A stretch of 36,019 nt of DNA, taken from the NCBI GenBank assembly GCA_051942205.1, contig JAVECO010000084.1, forward strand, positions 62,001-98,019, read 5' to 3'. The DNA comes from Coniocarpon cinnabarinum. Lineage: Eukaryota. Shown piece after piece: positions 21,841-34,065 of this stretch. The translations under genes and the position numbers were made by a program. Position 1 is the first letter of the stretch; each line of letters starts with the position of its first letter. Under the pieces are notes generated by a model, which saw nothing but the letters and a program-made list of their open reading frames with translations, made no database searches and was not told the origin of the DNA.

Positions 21841-23876
21841 GTCCCACCTCACTCATGCTCAATGAGGCTTCCGGCTTAACCGTAGGAGCTCGTGTATAAC
21901 CAGTTCTGGAGGGGCCCCAATGTTAAATACTGCAGGATACGGGTCATAGGTAGCCGCAGACAGATCTGGAGAGTGCATTGAAGTCGAAACGAGCTGACGC
22001 AGGTCGCTTATGCCTTTGAAGGGGAACTAGTGCGTAATTTGTGAGGCAGTACCATCTCTGCTCGCTCCGGAGTTCAGCTTCCGACATCTGCGCCATGAGG
22101 ATTAGACCTGATCCACGCAGACGCAAGACAGGCATACGCACTTTAAGAGAGCCTCCTCAACGAGGACGCGAGCTTCATGATCTAGGTATGGCAATGGCCA
22201 AGTGGCTTCAGGAAACAGAAAGGCTACCTGAGCTCAAAGGCGGGTTACAGCTTCGGTGAATATCGGGTCTGAGCGCATGTGACGTTGGATGTAAAGCTCC
22301 TAACCTAAGTCCCCTTACATAGCCCCTTTATAATGCAGGGGTGACACATGAGCGCGCAACATGAACAAGGCTTGCGTGCTCAATGGTTTGAACTCTCACA
22401 TGACTGCTGCTCTCATGCCAGAGGAGCCTCTCAACGGCCTCTCCCTGCTTCTATGAAGACCAGCAGCCATATGCTTTTCCAAGCTCACTCGTGAACCAGA
22501 CTTGTGACAGGTAATTGGGTACATTGCGGTCTATATCATTCCGACAAAGAAGCACGTTTCTGCTTGAGGCAAGTAGGTGTGCTCAAACAAGCCCGGACTG
22601 AATAGTCATACAAGGTGGACGCCCTTGTTGAGTCGTTGTCTCTCGCGGAGGCCCCTTAGTTTCCTGTGCAGCACTGCCCTGCACGCATCAACGCCAGTCC
22701 CCAGAAAAGCATGCCAGGCTTTCCAAAATGAACCATTGCCGACAATCTCCGGTTCAAACTTTCACCCAAGGCACGGGTAATTGAAACTTCGAATTCAGGC
22801 CAGAAACGCCTGAGTAATTCCTGATCATGAAGGTGGCTGCGGCGCTTGAGCCCCAGTGCTCGTGCCAGCTTTGCCCGCAGTTGGCGGCAAAAACAGCTGC
22901 ATGTAGATCTATATGCTCACATCAGATGTGCATCCTTGATGGAGAAGCTGGAGAAAGAGCATATTTGTATCTCCTTACCGTAGCAAGACCAAGCACTGCA
23001 CCCTGTAAGTCACACATTGGCTGCGTTGGATCAGATGACTTACGACTCATTGCGACACCGAAGTACCCTGGCGTTTGAGCTGTCTTGCGGGATTCGGGCG
23101 TCTCCGCAAGCCATTGCTGTACTGAAAACACCATGGACACCCTTTCGAGTTAAATGGGGTGTTCCTTTGACACGTCTAGAGTTTCACGTACCATCCAATC
23201 ATCCTGAGAAAAGGTCAGAGCAGCCTACCACATGGGGCCTGTCAGATTTCAAGCAGACTTACTTGTTTCTCGTAAACATGGCCATCATTGGCATTGTGCT
23301 TGCCATAGTGCCTAGCGGCATTCCTCAGCATCGTGTATGTTAACACAAGTCTAGCTCGACGTACTGCTCATGTCTGCTTCACTCTTCTCTTGGGCCGGTT
23401 CGGTATAGGGGACGACTGCCGCAATTCAATACACATCATCTCATCCACGGCATGAGAACTCCCTACTTAGGTCGGCACGACGCATGTCTCTCTTGGGCTG
23501 CGACATACTTCCAGGCTAGCACTGATCACGGGCCGATCACATGGAGTCACTCACAGAGCGTTGGAGGCTGGAACAATAGATTTGCCGTTTTGACAGAGAC
23601 TTTGAATAGCCAATTCGGACCAGGTGGTGCCTAAGGAATGAGGCAGACACCACGCTCGGGGCCACGTATGCGCCAACGCCTCAACAAGCTTAGCGCGGCG
23701 AGTGGCGTATCACAAGGCAAACATGGGGCGGGACAGGCTTTAGTTGTGCCTCTTCGCCTTCCTACTGACCTGTTCCTCAACACTCCATTCTAGCCACACG
23801 CCGCCGTCCAGATTATTCTAGCTCAGCGATCCCAGAGACCGGCACAAACTCATTTGAAAGCACACTCTCAGAGTCT

Positions 23877-24496
23877 ATGACGACAATCGAGAATTTGAAG
23901 AGCGTCGGTGCGTTAGCTGTGTTTCATTTATGTGCCCCACCCGCGCGCCCGTCCGCCGCCTTGTTCTGTAGAACTTGACGCCTCTCTGCCATCCAAGTCT
24001 TGGGATCACGACTCTCTGACTTCTGCGACACGCCTATGGCATTGACGCGGCTTATCCTTGTCGAACTCGATGAGAGTAGCACGATGTTCAGATGACTAAC
24101 ACGGCAACCAGATCCGTTCGCTGAAGCGGAGGACAACTCAGGCGAGCAGTCAACCAAAAGCCAGGCCAACTACATTCATATACGCATTCAGCGTAAGTGC
24201 CAATCAGATACACAAAGGTCTAGAAAGTGCACAATCGCTTACAGCCTTTCGCAGAGCGTAATGGTCGCAAGACTTTGACAACGGTCCAAGGCCTACCCAA
24301 GAAGTTTGACCAAAAGAAGATACTCAAGGTCATCAAGAAGAAGTTTGCCTGCAATGGCACCATCGTCACAGACACCGACATGGGCGAGGTGATTCAGCTT
24401 CAAGGCGATCAGCGCAAGGATGTCCAAGAGTTCTTGGTCGACAAGAAGGAAGGTCTTGGTCTTGACTCCAAGATCATCCAGCTTCACGGTTTTTAA
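23877..24496 (+). CDS. SUI1: Translation initiation factor eIF1 (exons 23877-23907, 24112-24192, 24255-24496)
   Basis: The spliced product is MTTIENLKSVDPFAEAED...YIHIRIQQRNGRKTLTTVQG...FACNG...IQLQGDQR...HGF. The introns at 23908-24111 and 24193-24254 are canonical. Confidence 0.97.
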
Positions 24497-24926
24497 ATGA
24501 TCTCGGTGTGTGCCTGCGTCTGCGTTGGCCTGTCGTCTCTTCAAAGACTATGCGTTTGGACAATTGCATGTCAACTTGCCCGACACCATCTGCATTGCGC
24601 AAGATTACCCAGACAGCACAACGCGGCGCACCAGATCGCACGATTGAAGCGTGTGCTATGCAGGCGCATTTGATTGATGAGGCGATGCAATGATTAGTGC
24701 CTATGAGGCGGTGACTGATATTTCGGTTATGAAGTTACTCGACCTCTTCAACGTAAACGCATCTCAAAAGCCTGACGCAGTCAACACTGCCGCATGCGAC
24801 AGGAATGCGTGAGCATTGAGGTTTTCCCTCATTCGAGACGGTTGAGATTAAGTATCGAAATGCAATGATATTCGCAGTCCGAATTCATGCCAAGCCAACA
24901 TTTCCCACGTGTCGATTCCAATGTCA

Positions 24927-25976
24927 TTAAGAAGCCGCGTTCTGGGCGTCCTGTGGTGGATTTATCGTTTCTGCCCAGTGCTCCATTGTTGTGGGTTGTG
25001 TTGTTCCCCAAAATTTCCATGGCTCCTCGACACTTCGAAGCACTCGTTTTTGGATCACGATGTACTCAATAACCTCTTTTTCAGCTACCTGCCCATGCAC
25101 TGGCTCCAGTGTCCTTTCTTTTCCGAGAAAGTCCTCTTCTTTCGTTAATCTTTGAACGCTTTGTATTCTCACGACCGCTTGCCTCATCAGGTTTTGCTCC
25201 TTGTCATCGTTCTTAGGTATTGGCATCTGGTTGGCGATATGCGACACTATTTTCGGCCTGCCAACATATTTGACCAGATCCCATTCATACACCGTGCTTT
25301 CGGGTCGCCCTTGTATTTGCATAATAAGCTTGTTTCTCACACCCTCCGTAGTGACCTTGCGTATTTCTGCCTCGTCTCCATCCGCGACCGCAGCATAGAC
25401 CTGCCGGTGCAGCGCCATTGCTGTGGGCATAATTTTTCGGCGTTGTAGTTGGTATTTGAAAAACCCCATGCTCCACTTCATGTAGAGAACAGTCGCAAGA
25501 TCTCTGCCCTTTTTCACCATCCGCTGGAGCTGCATCTTCCACCGAGACCAACTGTATATGGGCGGGACCTCTGGACCCACAGGCATGATCAGGGTGCCAG
25601 GAAACAGTCCGAGATCCTCAGGAACCTCGTCCGTTTTGAACATATCGCGCAGTCGCACCCGAAGTGATGGCTGCTTTGCTTGGAATTCGTCGATCTGCTT
25701 CTGTTCCATGCGGCTCTGTGATCTGCCGCGCGTGCGGTCACTGGTGTGCCCAGCAGCGCGGCCACCGAAGCGAGGGGAGGAGATGCTGAGGTAACGACAT
25801 TGCGGTGAAGAGACTTGTATCTGGTGCTGAGGGTATGCCGGGTGCGCTCGAGGGCTGCCTTTCCTACAACGCCATACTGAGATTGTTTGCAGGCGAGGCA
25901 TGGCATAGATCGAAGGGCAAGACCCTCCGAGCAGATTCCCTGAAACAAGAAGAGGTCTTGAAGCTGTTTTGGCCAT
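24927..25976 (-). CDS. Tim44-like domain mitochondrial protein (Mba1/mL45-like)
   Basis: It has a presequence-like N-terminus and the motifs ALHRQVYAAVADGD, WDLVKY, RQAVVRIQSVQRL and EYIVIQKR...WKFWGT. The exact start ATG is uncertain. Confidence 0.75.
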   Translation of the reverse strand: MAKTASRPLLVSGNLLGGSCPSIYAMPRLQTISVWRCRKGSPRAHPAYPQHQIQVSSPQCRYLSISSPRFGGRAAGHTSDRTRGRSQSRMEQKQIDEFQAKQPSLRVRLRDMFKTDEVPEDLGLFPGTLIMPVGPEVPPIYSWSRWKMQLQRMVKKGRDLATVLYMKWSMGFFKYQLQRRKIMPTAMALHRQVYAAVADGDEAEIRKVTTEGVRNKLIMQIQGRPESTVYEWDLVKYVGRPKIVSHIANQMPIPKNDDKEQNLMRQAVVRIQSVQRLTKEEDFLGKERTLEPVHGQVAEKEVIEYIVIQKRVLRSVEEPWKFWGTTQPTTMEHWAETINPPQDAQNAAS

Positions 25977-26122
25977 GGCGAATTTCCTTGCGTATCAGTC
26001 AAGGGGGTCCGTGCACGCTACATGTACCTAGCACCTAGCACGTCCTGTCTCCATTCAAGCTAATAATAACAAACACTACCATCGCCATCTTGCTTGATCA
26101 TGGAATTTCCTTAGACCGGGCC

Positions 26123-27385
26123 ATGCCCAGAGGCTCCGGTGATGTATCAAGTGACTACGTGGTCTTGCCATCCATCGACGGGGCACAAAAAGGCAACAAT
26201 GCCACCACCGGCGCTTCTGCAGCAGGTATCCGTGCTCTGTCCGCCCAGTTCATATCTTTTTACTTTCGCGCTCCTATCAAGGCCTTCTTCCGAACTCGCT
26301 TCGATTACACCGGGTTTGCCAGAGCCATCAATCCGCACGTGAAGGCAAATGAACGATGGTCATGGAAAGTTTCCACACCGGGCTTGCTCGCTCATGCTAT
26401 CAGAGAGCATGGCTGGGCGTTTATCCCCAACCAGGTGATGCCTCCAATGCTTGCCAACGTCACTGTAGGAGCAATACTCTATACTTCTTATCTACAAGCA
26501 CTAGGTGCATTCTATGAACCGGCGTCGCGACAGTCAAAGAGAGTCTTTCCGCCTCCACCTCCATCGTCGACAATGTCGGCGGGCTTTGTTGCAGGAAGCG
26601 TTCAGTCAATTGTTGCAGCGCCTTTGGACGCTCTACAGGCCCGTTTCAATACTAGCGATCTTTTAGAAGGCCAGCACCGCAATATGTGGGCGTATGCGAA
26701 ACACAAGCTGGCGGAGATAGGTCCTAGAGGCATATTGGCCGGCTGGAGTCTTTCTTTCGTAAAGGACTCTATTGGATTCGCGGCGTTCTTTGCGACTTTC
26801 GAGACTGTCAAATCGCAAGCTTACTATGCCTTCATTCGTCGCTGGTATGGTGATTTTAGACCATTGGTCAGTGACTTAGCGCACCTTAAGTTTCGCCGTG
26901 GTGAAGAGAGCAAACCCGTGATACAGCCACACTATGCTATAGAGCCTGCTTTCCTTCTGGCAGCTGGCATCAGCGCTTCTGTCACGCAGCAAGCAATACA
27001 ACACCCTCTGTCCGCGATCCAACAAGTCCACTACGGAAGACTGGAGTCGCTCGATATCGCTGCGAAAACAGAGCGCGCCAATCGTTCTATGTTGAGGCTC
27101 TACTACAGCGCATATGCTGAGACCTATCACCAATGCAAACAAATGGCAGCGAAAGTTGGCGGATGGAGATCATGGTTGTACAAAGATTTGCTTTGGACGA
27201 CCCTCAGGCAGACGCCAAGCACGAGTGCTGGACTGAGTAAGTCCACGAAGTGAGCAAACTTTATTGTTGTGCTGGACTGACACACAGGTACCCCAGTTGT
27301 CTTTGAGTTGGTACGCAGGCGATACAGTAGTGACGACGATATTGTACGAATCCATAAGGACGGATTTGATATTCTACTCAGCTAA
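26123..27385 (+). CDS. Mitochondrial carrier-like protein of unknown substrate (exons 26123-27236, 27297-27385)
   Basis: Carrier-like signatures APLDALQAR, FFATFETVK and HPLSAIQ are present. An intron at 27237-27296 (GTAAGT...CTGAC...CCAG) extends the C-terminus to PSTSAGLIVFELVRRRY...DILLS*. Confidence 0.82.
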
Positions 27386-27412
27386 TCTCACATCTACTCA
27401 TTAATTTGTTTG

Positions 27413-28512
27413 TCAATTCACGTCAAATTCTCGACCGGTCAATCTCTCGTACGCATCTTTGTATCGCCGCTCAGTCTCGTTCACAATGTGCCCTTCAATT
27501 TTATTAAGTCAGCAAACATTTCGAGATGAAACATTGAGATAAGTACCTACGTGGCATCATGACTCCGTCTCGACCTTTGAGTCCATTTTCCACAAGCCAT
27601 CGACGGAGAGGCTCTTTATCCAATGACGGCTGGGACTGTCCTCTCACATACTCCTTCGCGCTCCAAAAGCGACTCGAGTCCGGGGTCAAGACTTCGTCGC
27701 AGAGCACCACAGCCGGTGGCGATACTGAATCGTCAAGACCAAACTCGAATTTAGTGTCGGCAATCATGATGCCCTTGATCGCAGCATACGAAGCAGCCAG
27801 TGAAAATATCCGTGCCGACAACGTCATTATCTGTTCTGCTACCTCCGGACCAAGTATCTTACGTGCCTGCTCAGGTGTAATGTTTTCGTCGTGCTCGTCA
27901 GGGCTACTAGCCTTCGTGCTAGGAGTCCAAAGAACTTCAGGCAATCGATCTGATTCCTCTAAACCAGGTGGTAATGTAATACCTGACCAGTTAGCAGCCG
28001 AACCTCTACTCCATTTACCGTTTCTTTACCATTCACAGTTCCATTGGACCGGTACGATGACCATGCAGAGCCTGCGATTGATGAGCGCAAGAAATTTCCG
28101 AAATACCCAGGCCTCTCCTACCGGACAAAAAGGCACGACAAATTGATTCTATCGGAAGCATCTTCAGTCGTCTCACTACCATGCTGCGATGTTCGAAGAC
28201 TACTATTTCCTCTCGAGGCAGTCCCGCTTTGATCTCTTCCGGCAAACCCATGGCTACAAAGTGCGTCTTGATGTTTGCATCTTCTGATCGCAACAGATCA
28301 AACCAGAATTTGCTAAGGATGGTAAGCACAGCCCCCTTATTGGGTACGGGATTTCCCAAGACCACATCGAATGCAGACACTCGGTCGGTCGCAACAAAGA
28401 GCAAGTGTGCAGGGTTGCGTCTCATCTCATAGATCTCTCGTACTTTCCCGGAGGCTATCAGCGTGAGGTCAGGATGTGACCGAAGAGCCGTTGTGGATGG
28501 TTCAGAAGCCAT
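27413..28512 (-). CDS. ADE1: SAICAR synthetase (exons 28512-28122, 28071-28030, 27982-27551, 27492-27413)
   Basis: The motifs SGKVREIY, VATDRVSAFD, TPSTKA, IADTKFEFG and DEVLTPDSSRFW are present. Three introns restore SGSAWSSY..GTVNGITLP and the C-terminal RYKDAYERLTG. Confidence 0.95.
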
Positions 28513-28954
28513 GTCGTGACGCTAATTCTGTGAGAAGCTGGGAAGCCTTCCTCGATGGCACTGGCACTTATTCCGAGAACTTCGCCAATTGCTCGTCGAA
28601 TGCTAGGCAGCATAATCGGACGGTCAAATGCAGCTGTGAATTGCCAGAAATTTGCGCTCCCTGGTTGAACACTCATTAAACGTCTCGAAACGGAATAGCG
28701 CCAAAGCCAAGCATTTGATGATGTTCGTTAAGCGATCTGCCGTCAACTTTCCACGCTCCCCATCCTCGACCACCTCCCCACGCTCTGTCGCCTTCTTCTC
28801 ATGATTCTCCGAGACCTCGATGAGCGACGCTGTCACTTGGTAGTTGTGTGTTGTCTGGAGCGTACCAATCTTGATGCCATCACACACAGCCCCACAAACG
28901 CTTAGACACCCTTGAGTTCACCTTCCGCTTTCGCCGATCTTCCTTTTTGCCTCC

Positions 28955-28984
28955 ATGTCGCCTCCCAATCCTCCTGAAAGTTAG
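28955..28984 (+). promoter_or_regulatory. Possible 9-codon uORF (MSPPNPPES*) in the SEC2 leader
   Basis: An ATG at 28955 ends at TAG 28982-28984, 17 nt before the candidate GTG start. It matters only if it lies within the transcript. Confidence 0.25.
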
Positions 28985-29001
28985 CAAACACCGTCGCCAA
29001 A

Positions 29002-32000
29002 GTGGCTGAGTGCGCAAGTTCCCTCCGTGAGCGTTGCTCGTGCTGACCACTGCCAGCCTCTTCGTGCCCGCCGTTGGCCACCCGGCTGCCCCCTCGCCTT
29101 CAACATCTCCCGCCCCTGCGTCCCGCAAAACACGAACTGCAACAGATCGTTTCAAATTCCTCCGGCGCGCAGCGTCGTCCGAGCCACCTAACCCAAGGTC
29201 AATGACAACTGCAGCTCAAGCGCAATATGCTGCGTCTCAACATGCATCTGAGGCATCAGATCTTAACACCATCCCTGATCCCCGTGCTCCCAGCCCAATG
29301 ACACTTAGTCGACAATCACCTTCGCCGAGCTCGCAGCATCCGGATCTAAGCAATGAGGTCGCCGCGCTCAGCGCCAAACTCATCAATGCGATTAACAATC
29401 AGGCAAAGTTGGATGACGCACTGCAGCAGACTCGGCATGAGCTGGAGGAAGCGCGTGCACACATTACCAAGTTGGAACAGGAGATCAGACTGCATGAAGA
29501 TGCTGTCGCATCGGGCGTCCTTGTCAAATGGGCCGATATTGAGCGAAAGGAGGAACGCTTGGAACGTCAAATGGCCGAGGAGCAGAAGAAGCGAGATAGC
29601 GCTGAACGGCAGAGAAAGGGCATGGAGTCAGAGCTTGAGAACTTGACTGGTCAGCTTTTCGAGGAAGCGAATGCGATGGTAGCGCAAGCGCGGCATGAGA
29701 AACAAGAATCGGATCGAAGAGCTGACATGTTCAAAACGAAGTTGGAAGACACGGAAGTGTTGCTTCAGTCACAACAAGCTCAGCTCAAACAACTCAAGGA
29801 GGTTTTATCAGAAGAACGCCATCGCAACCGCGACAGTATTCATTCAGCCACGACTGCTCCAGCAACACCTGTGATTGGTAGCAATGGTGGTGACAAAATC
29901 TCATCAGCGACTATGCGCGCTCCCATGCACACACGAAACGCGCATAGCTGTCAAAGTCTACCGCCTCCGGAGAGTCCGCTTTATTTCGATCATCTGATAC
30001 ATCCTGTAGTGAGAACTGATGTGCAGTCATACGAGGATTTCCTGTCTCTATTAAGAACCAACAGAGGAAGCACACCTCCTAGTCGATCCGCGAGCGGGAG
30101 CTACAACGTTGGTCTCAATGTGCTTGGCTTAGTCTCGAAAGATAGCAGCTCACAATCTACGGTTATTCCCTCAATCCGATCAGCAATCAATCCAGCTTCA
30201 AGGTCGACATCGAATCAGACCACGCCAACACCTGGTAGTGGCCAAAGCCCGCGGCCAGACGATTCTGAAGGCCCCGGGGTGTCGCTAAAGGACACCAAAT
30301 ATTTCAAGCGTGCTTTGACAGAGGATATTGAGCCTACGCTTCGCCTCGACTCCGCGCCTGGGCTATCATGGCTAGGAAGACGGACAGTACTGGCCAGCAT
30401 CACATCAGGTCGCCTGATTGTTGAACCCTTTCCCCCGCGGCATGCGTATCACAGTCCGGCTTTTGCTTGCTCAATGTGCGGAGAGACCAGGACTAGTAAC
30501 GAGCATATTCGACGCTACCGGTTTAGAGCATCGGATAGCGATGAAGCGCAGAGATATCCTGTGTGCGACTACTGTCTGGCTCGGGTCCGTTCGACTTGTG
30601 ATTTCACGAGCTTCTTGCGAATGGCCAAGAATGGCGTAATGAAGAACGAGACGATTGATGAGTGTCGAGCGGCGTGGGAGGAATGCATCAAGCTTCGCGA
30701 GAAGATGTTCTGGAGTCGTGTCGGTGGTGGTGTTGTCCCAGCGCCTAGTGGTGATCCAGTTTCACCGTCTCCAGGCGGAGAGCTTGAGGCCGACAAGGAC
30801 ATTTCAGAACCAGGATCGCAGTCAGACTCTGATCTTGCAAGCATCTCACGAGCAGATTCACAGCGTACGACATCATCTGGCCAGCCTGAAATCACGCCGC
30901 TATCTGAGGCAGAGGCTAGTGAGCGACTACCACCAGGCAAAATTCTGCCAAATGGCCAAAACCTCGCTCCTGCCCTGCACCGAGAATTGGATAAGCCTCA
31001 AACAGATCCTGAGTCGTCAGCACCGTCAACTGCTGCAACACGAAACGTCGACCCCATCGCATTGCCGTCGCCCACGGGTCCTTCACACAAAGATTCTCAG
31101 GAAGCTGAAGCAGGAGCGCGCGACGCCAGCACGATCAGACAACGCGGCGAGTCCGTAAGCCAGCCGTCTTCCTCCGCTGACATTGAAAGACTTCGTCACA
31201 CGGAAACTACACAAGCGCTTGAGGGCCAGGCTTCGACAAGTCCGTCAGAAGTGGCGTTGGCTAATCCCTTCAAAAAGCCAACCGTGCCAGCTTCAGCATC
31301 TCGGCCATCTTCAGCCCGTGACTCGAAACAATTCTCGCCGCTGGACACTACCACCATAGCAGCGTCCGATACTCGCAATTCACCTCAGGAGGTATCTCCC
31401 AAGCGTGTTTCAAGCTCCTTCCCTCGACCAATCTCGTCACATTCGACAAAGTCCTTTTCCTTCGGCCCTCGCGACGGCAAGGTTTTGCCTGGCCGTCAAG
31501 TTGATTCTGCCATTAGCGATGCAGAAGAGAGCGCTATTCTGGATGGCTTGACCACCCGAACCACAGCAAGCCCATCGGTGCATAAAATCAAGACTCCCTC
31601 TGGAAATGACGGCAAACCTATCGTTAGTGATCTCGCTGCGACTTTCGCTCCCAAGTCATCTCATTTGCCAGCTCATCAACCGCGGCCGGACAGCAAAGGG
31701 CGGGACTCGCAATCGTCACCAGTTCGCAGCAATTTTTCTGCTTTCAGCTCGAATAATTTCAGCGATCAAGCCGGTGTGTTTAAGGCATCTATCTCGACTT
31801 CTAGTCAAGCAGATACGCCCTCGATAGCTTCGCGTGGCCGCCCTCTTTCTACTGCCGGCGGCCTCACCACTACACCTCCTAAGTTATCTCCATCCCCACG
31901 CGGTCGGCCTGTTTCTTTGCTTCCCTCAACCTCTAATTTCAACTCTTCAGTGGTTGAACCACTGCGACATGCTCAACCCTCAAGCTCGCCAAAAGCCACT

Positions 32001-32618
32001 CCACGCGAGTCCATCTCCTCCACCCCGCCTCGCGTCTCCGCATTCTCCACACCTCGCATGTCCCTCTCAGATGCTCAGCCTCAACTCCCTCCTTCCGCCC
32101 CATCGACACCTTCACAACAACCGTCTAAGCGTCCGAGCAAAGTGGCTGCCCTGGCATCGAAGTTTGGTGGTAATGACGACGTTGTCTCGCCTACTGCGAC
32201 CCCGCCGCAGCTACGGCCAACGAGTCGTGCCTCTGAAAAGCAGAGGCCCGATAGCAGAGGTAGCGGCATGATGAGTCAGCGCTCCAGTCCCGAGCGACTA
32301 ACATTGGGGTCACCTGAGCGCAAGCCGCTAGATACTATCGCTGGGGCGAGGAGCAGGACCGGTAGCGCGGTCGAAGAAGCTATGGCCTCGTTGGGGAGTC
32401 CAGAGCGTGTTGGAAGGATCAGAGGTAAGAGTATCGTTCAGAGTCGGAGCCGCGGTGGTAGCGACTTGAGTGGGAAAGCGCGAGGAGGGAGCGAAGGCGG
32501 AACTTGGAGTCGACCGTCTAGTCCAGTAAAGGGGTTGAGAGAAAGAGAGGGCAGCGATCTCAGTGGGAGGTCAAGCAGAAGCATGAGTCCTGTCAAGATC
32601 CCAGGGGCTTTTGCATAG
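29002..32618 (+). CDS. SEC2: Rab guanine-nucleotide exchange factor Sec2 (candidate GTG start at 29002, intron 29010-29056; first in-frame ATG at 29202)
   Basis: It has the coiled-coil MESELENLTGQLFEEANAMVAQAR, then EDIEPTLRLD..PGLSWL and CSMCG...CDYC..RVRSTCDF..FLR...LREKMFWSR, followed by a long Ser/Pro-rich tail. Confidence 0.93.
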
Positions 32619-34065
32619 AACGCAAAGAGGTGGTGGAGCTGGTGAAGAACATATTTCTCACGTATGGTAAGGGTATATTTTTGAAGGCATGAGGGCCATG
32701 GGCGAAGAGAAAGGGTGGCTATCGAGGTTGCTGTCGATTATTGCATAGCGGACATGAACTTTGTGCATTGATATCGGCGGAGTAGAAAACCTGTACGTAT
32801 AGGTGTGTACGACTATGATGATGACGCGTCGGACCTGCAAACGTTGGAAAGTTCGACGTCTCAACAACCCTCGAAGTTTCTCTGATCTTGAGACCGATAA
32901 TGAGACATCACATATGAGTATGGAGCCCAAAGAAATACCGGCAGGGTGTTAGCTTGATTTTTGTCTTGACGCTCCTCCGTCCATTGGTCACGCTTAACTT
33001 TCCCTGGACCTATTCGACGTCGCCCTTTCACGGCGCATACCTACATTGCAGTCACAATGGCCGAAGCTAGAAGCGTCGAAATGTCAGAAAAATCCGCACA
33101 GATCGACCGGAGAAAGCTTGCCCAAGACATTGCTAAGCGAATGGGATCATCTAGCGATCAAAGACCGAGGGACGGCTTTCTGACCTCGTAAGTTGCGGTT
33201 CGATTCCCTTGCGGAAACTATCAGCTTTATACAAAACGAGACATCTGACACTCGTCCTCAAGGTCGCCTTTCGTAGCCCGCATCAGCGGCGGAATTGACA
33301 GCCTTGTCGCTTTCTTTGTGCTCTACCTCACAACTCTGTTCTCTGTCCGTCTCTTCCAATTCTCTTCCGCACTGGACCAAGGCTGATGTGTGACATAGTT
33401 CAATGCGTGGTCCGCAGCGCAGTGTTCGCCGTTCAGCAATGGTCATCGTGAGACATACAGAGCTGCTAGCAGGAATTCAGGACCAGATCGAGGGACTAAG
33501 AGGTGGGGTGGATTCGATGGTGGCGGCGGGGGACCGAGTGTACCAGCGCCGGTGAAGATGTGTTGTGGATGAATTTGCAGACTATTTACCAGCGACGGCG
33601 TCGTCTGGCCATGGATTATGGAATCACAATAGAGACAATACATTATTCGAGAACGAACGGAGAATACGATCAATGGACACGGGGATGACGTCCTGCGGCT
33701 ACTTCTCTGATGCTTGCTTGAACTTTGGAGTTCGACTGCTTCAATCGCATGAACTAGACAACGAACTCTGCGTAGTAAACACCTAATAACTTTCGTTAGT
33801 CTCTCGAGTAGCTGCTTTTGAAGTTCTAGTAACCTTTTCTGTCATCTCGCTTAATTACTCCTCGCAACCAACGTCACGCGGACATCCAAAGCCCGCAGCT
33901 CTTCATTGGACCACTTCTATATCAATCTGGACGCCTTACGAATGCGCAATATCTTTTGCCCTGCCGCCTCGCTTCTGCACGCTCGTATGCTTTTCACGGC
34001 CGTTGTCTTCCATATTTCTCAAGTCACGTCGTAAATCATCTCCATGCCATATTCATATGACCGCC

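Noticed and set aside
21853..23870. Short ORFs between MED12 and SUI1
   Set aside because: They have no recognisable motifs and are consistent with divergent promoter and UTR sequence.
24670..24720. TGATGA...CTGA pair resembling a box C/D snoRNA
   Set aside because: It spans only about 45 nt, has no terminal stem, and lies in the SUI1 3' UTR region.
32658..33800. Several 60-90 aa ORFs between SEC2 and the DUF2235 gene
   Set aside because: There are no motifs, no consistent splice model and no family resemblance.
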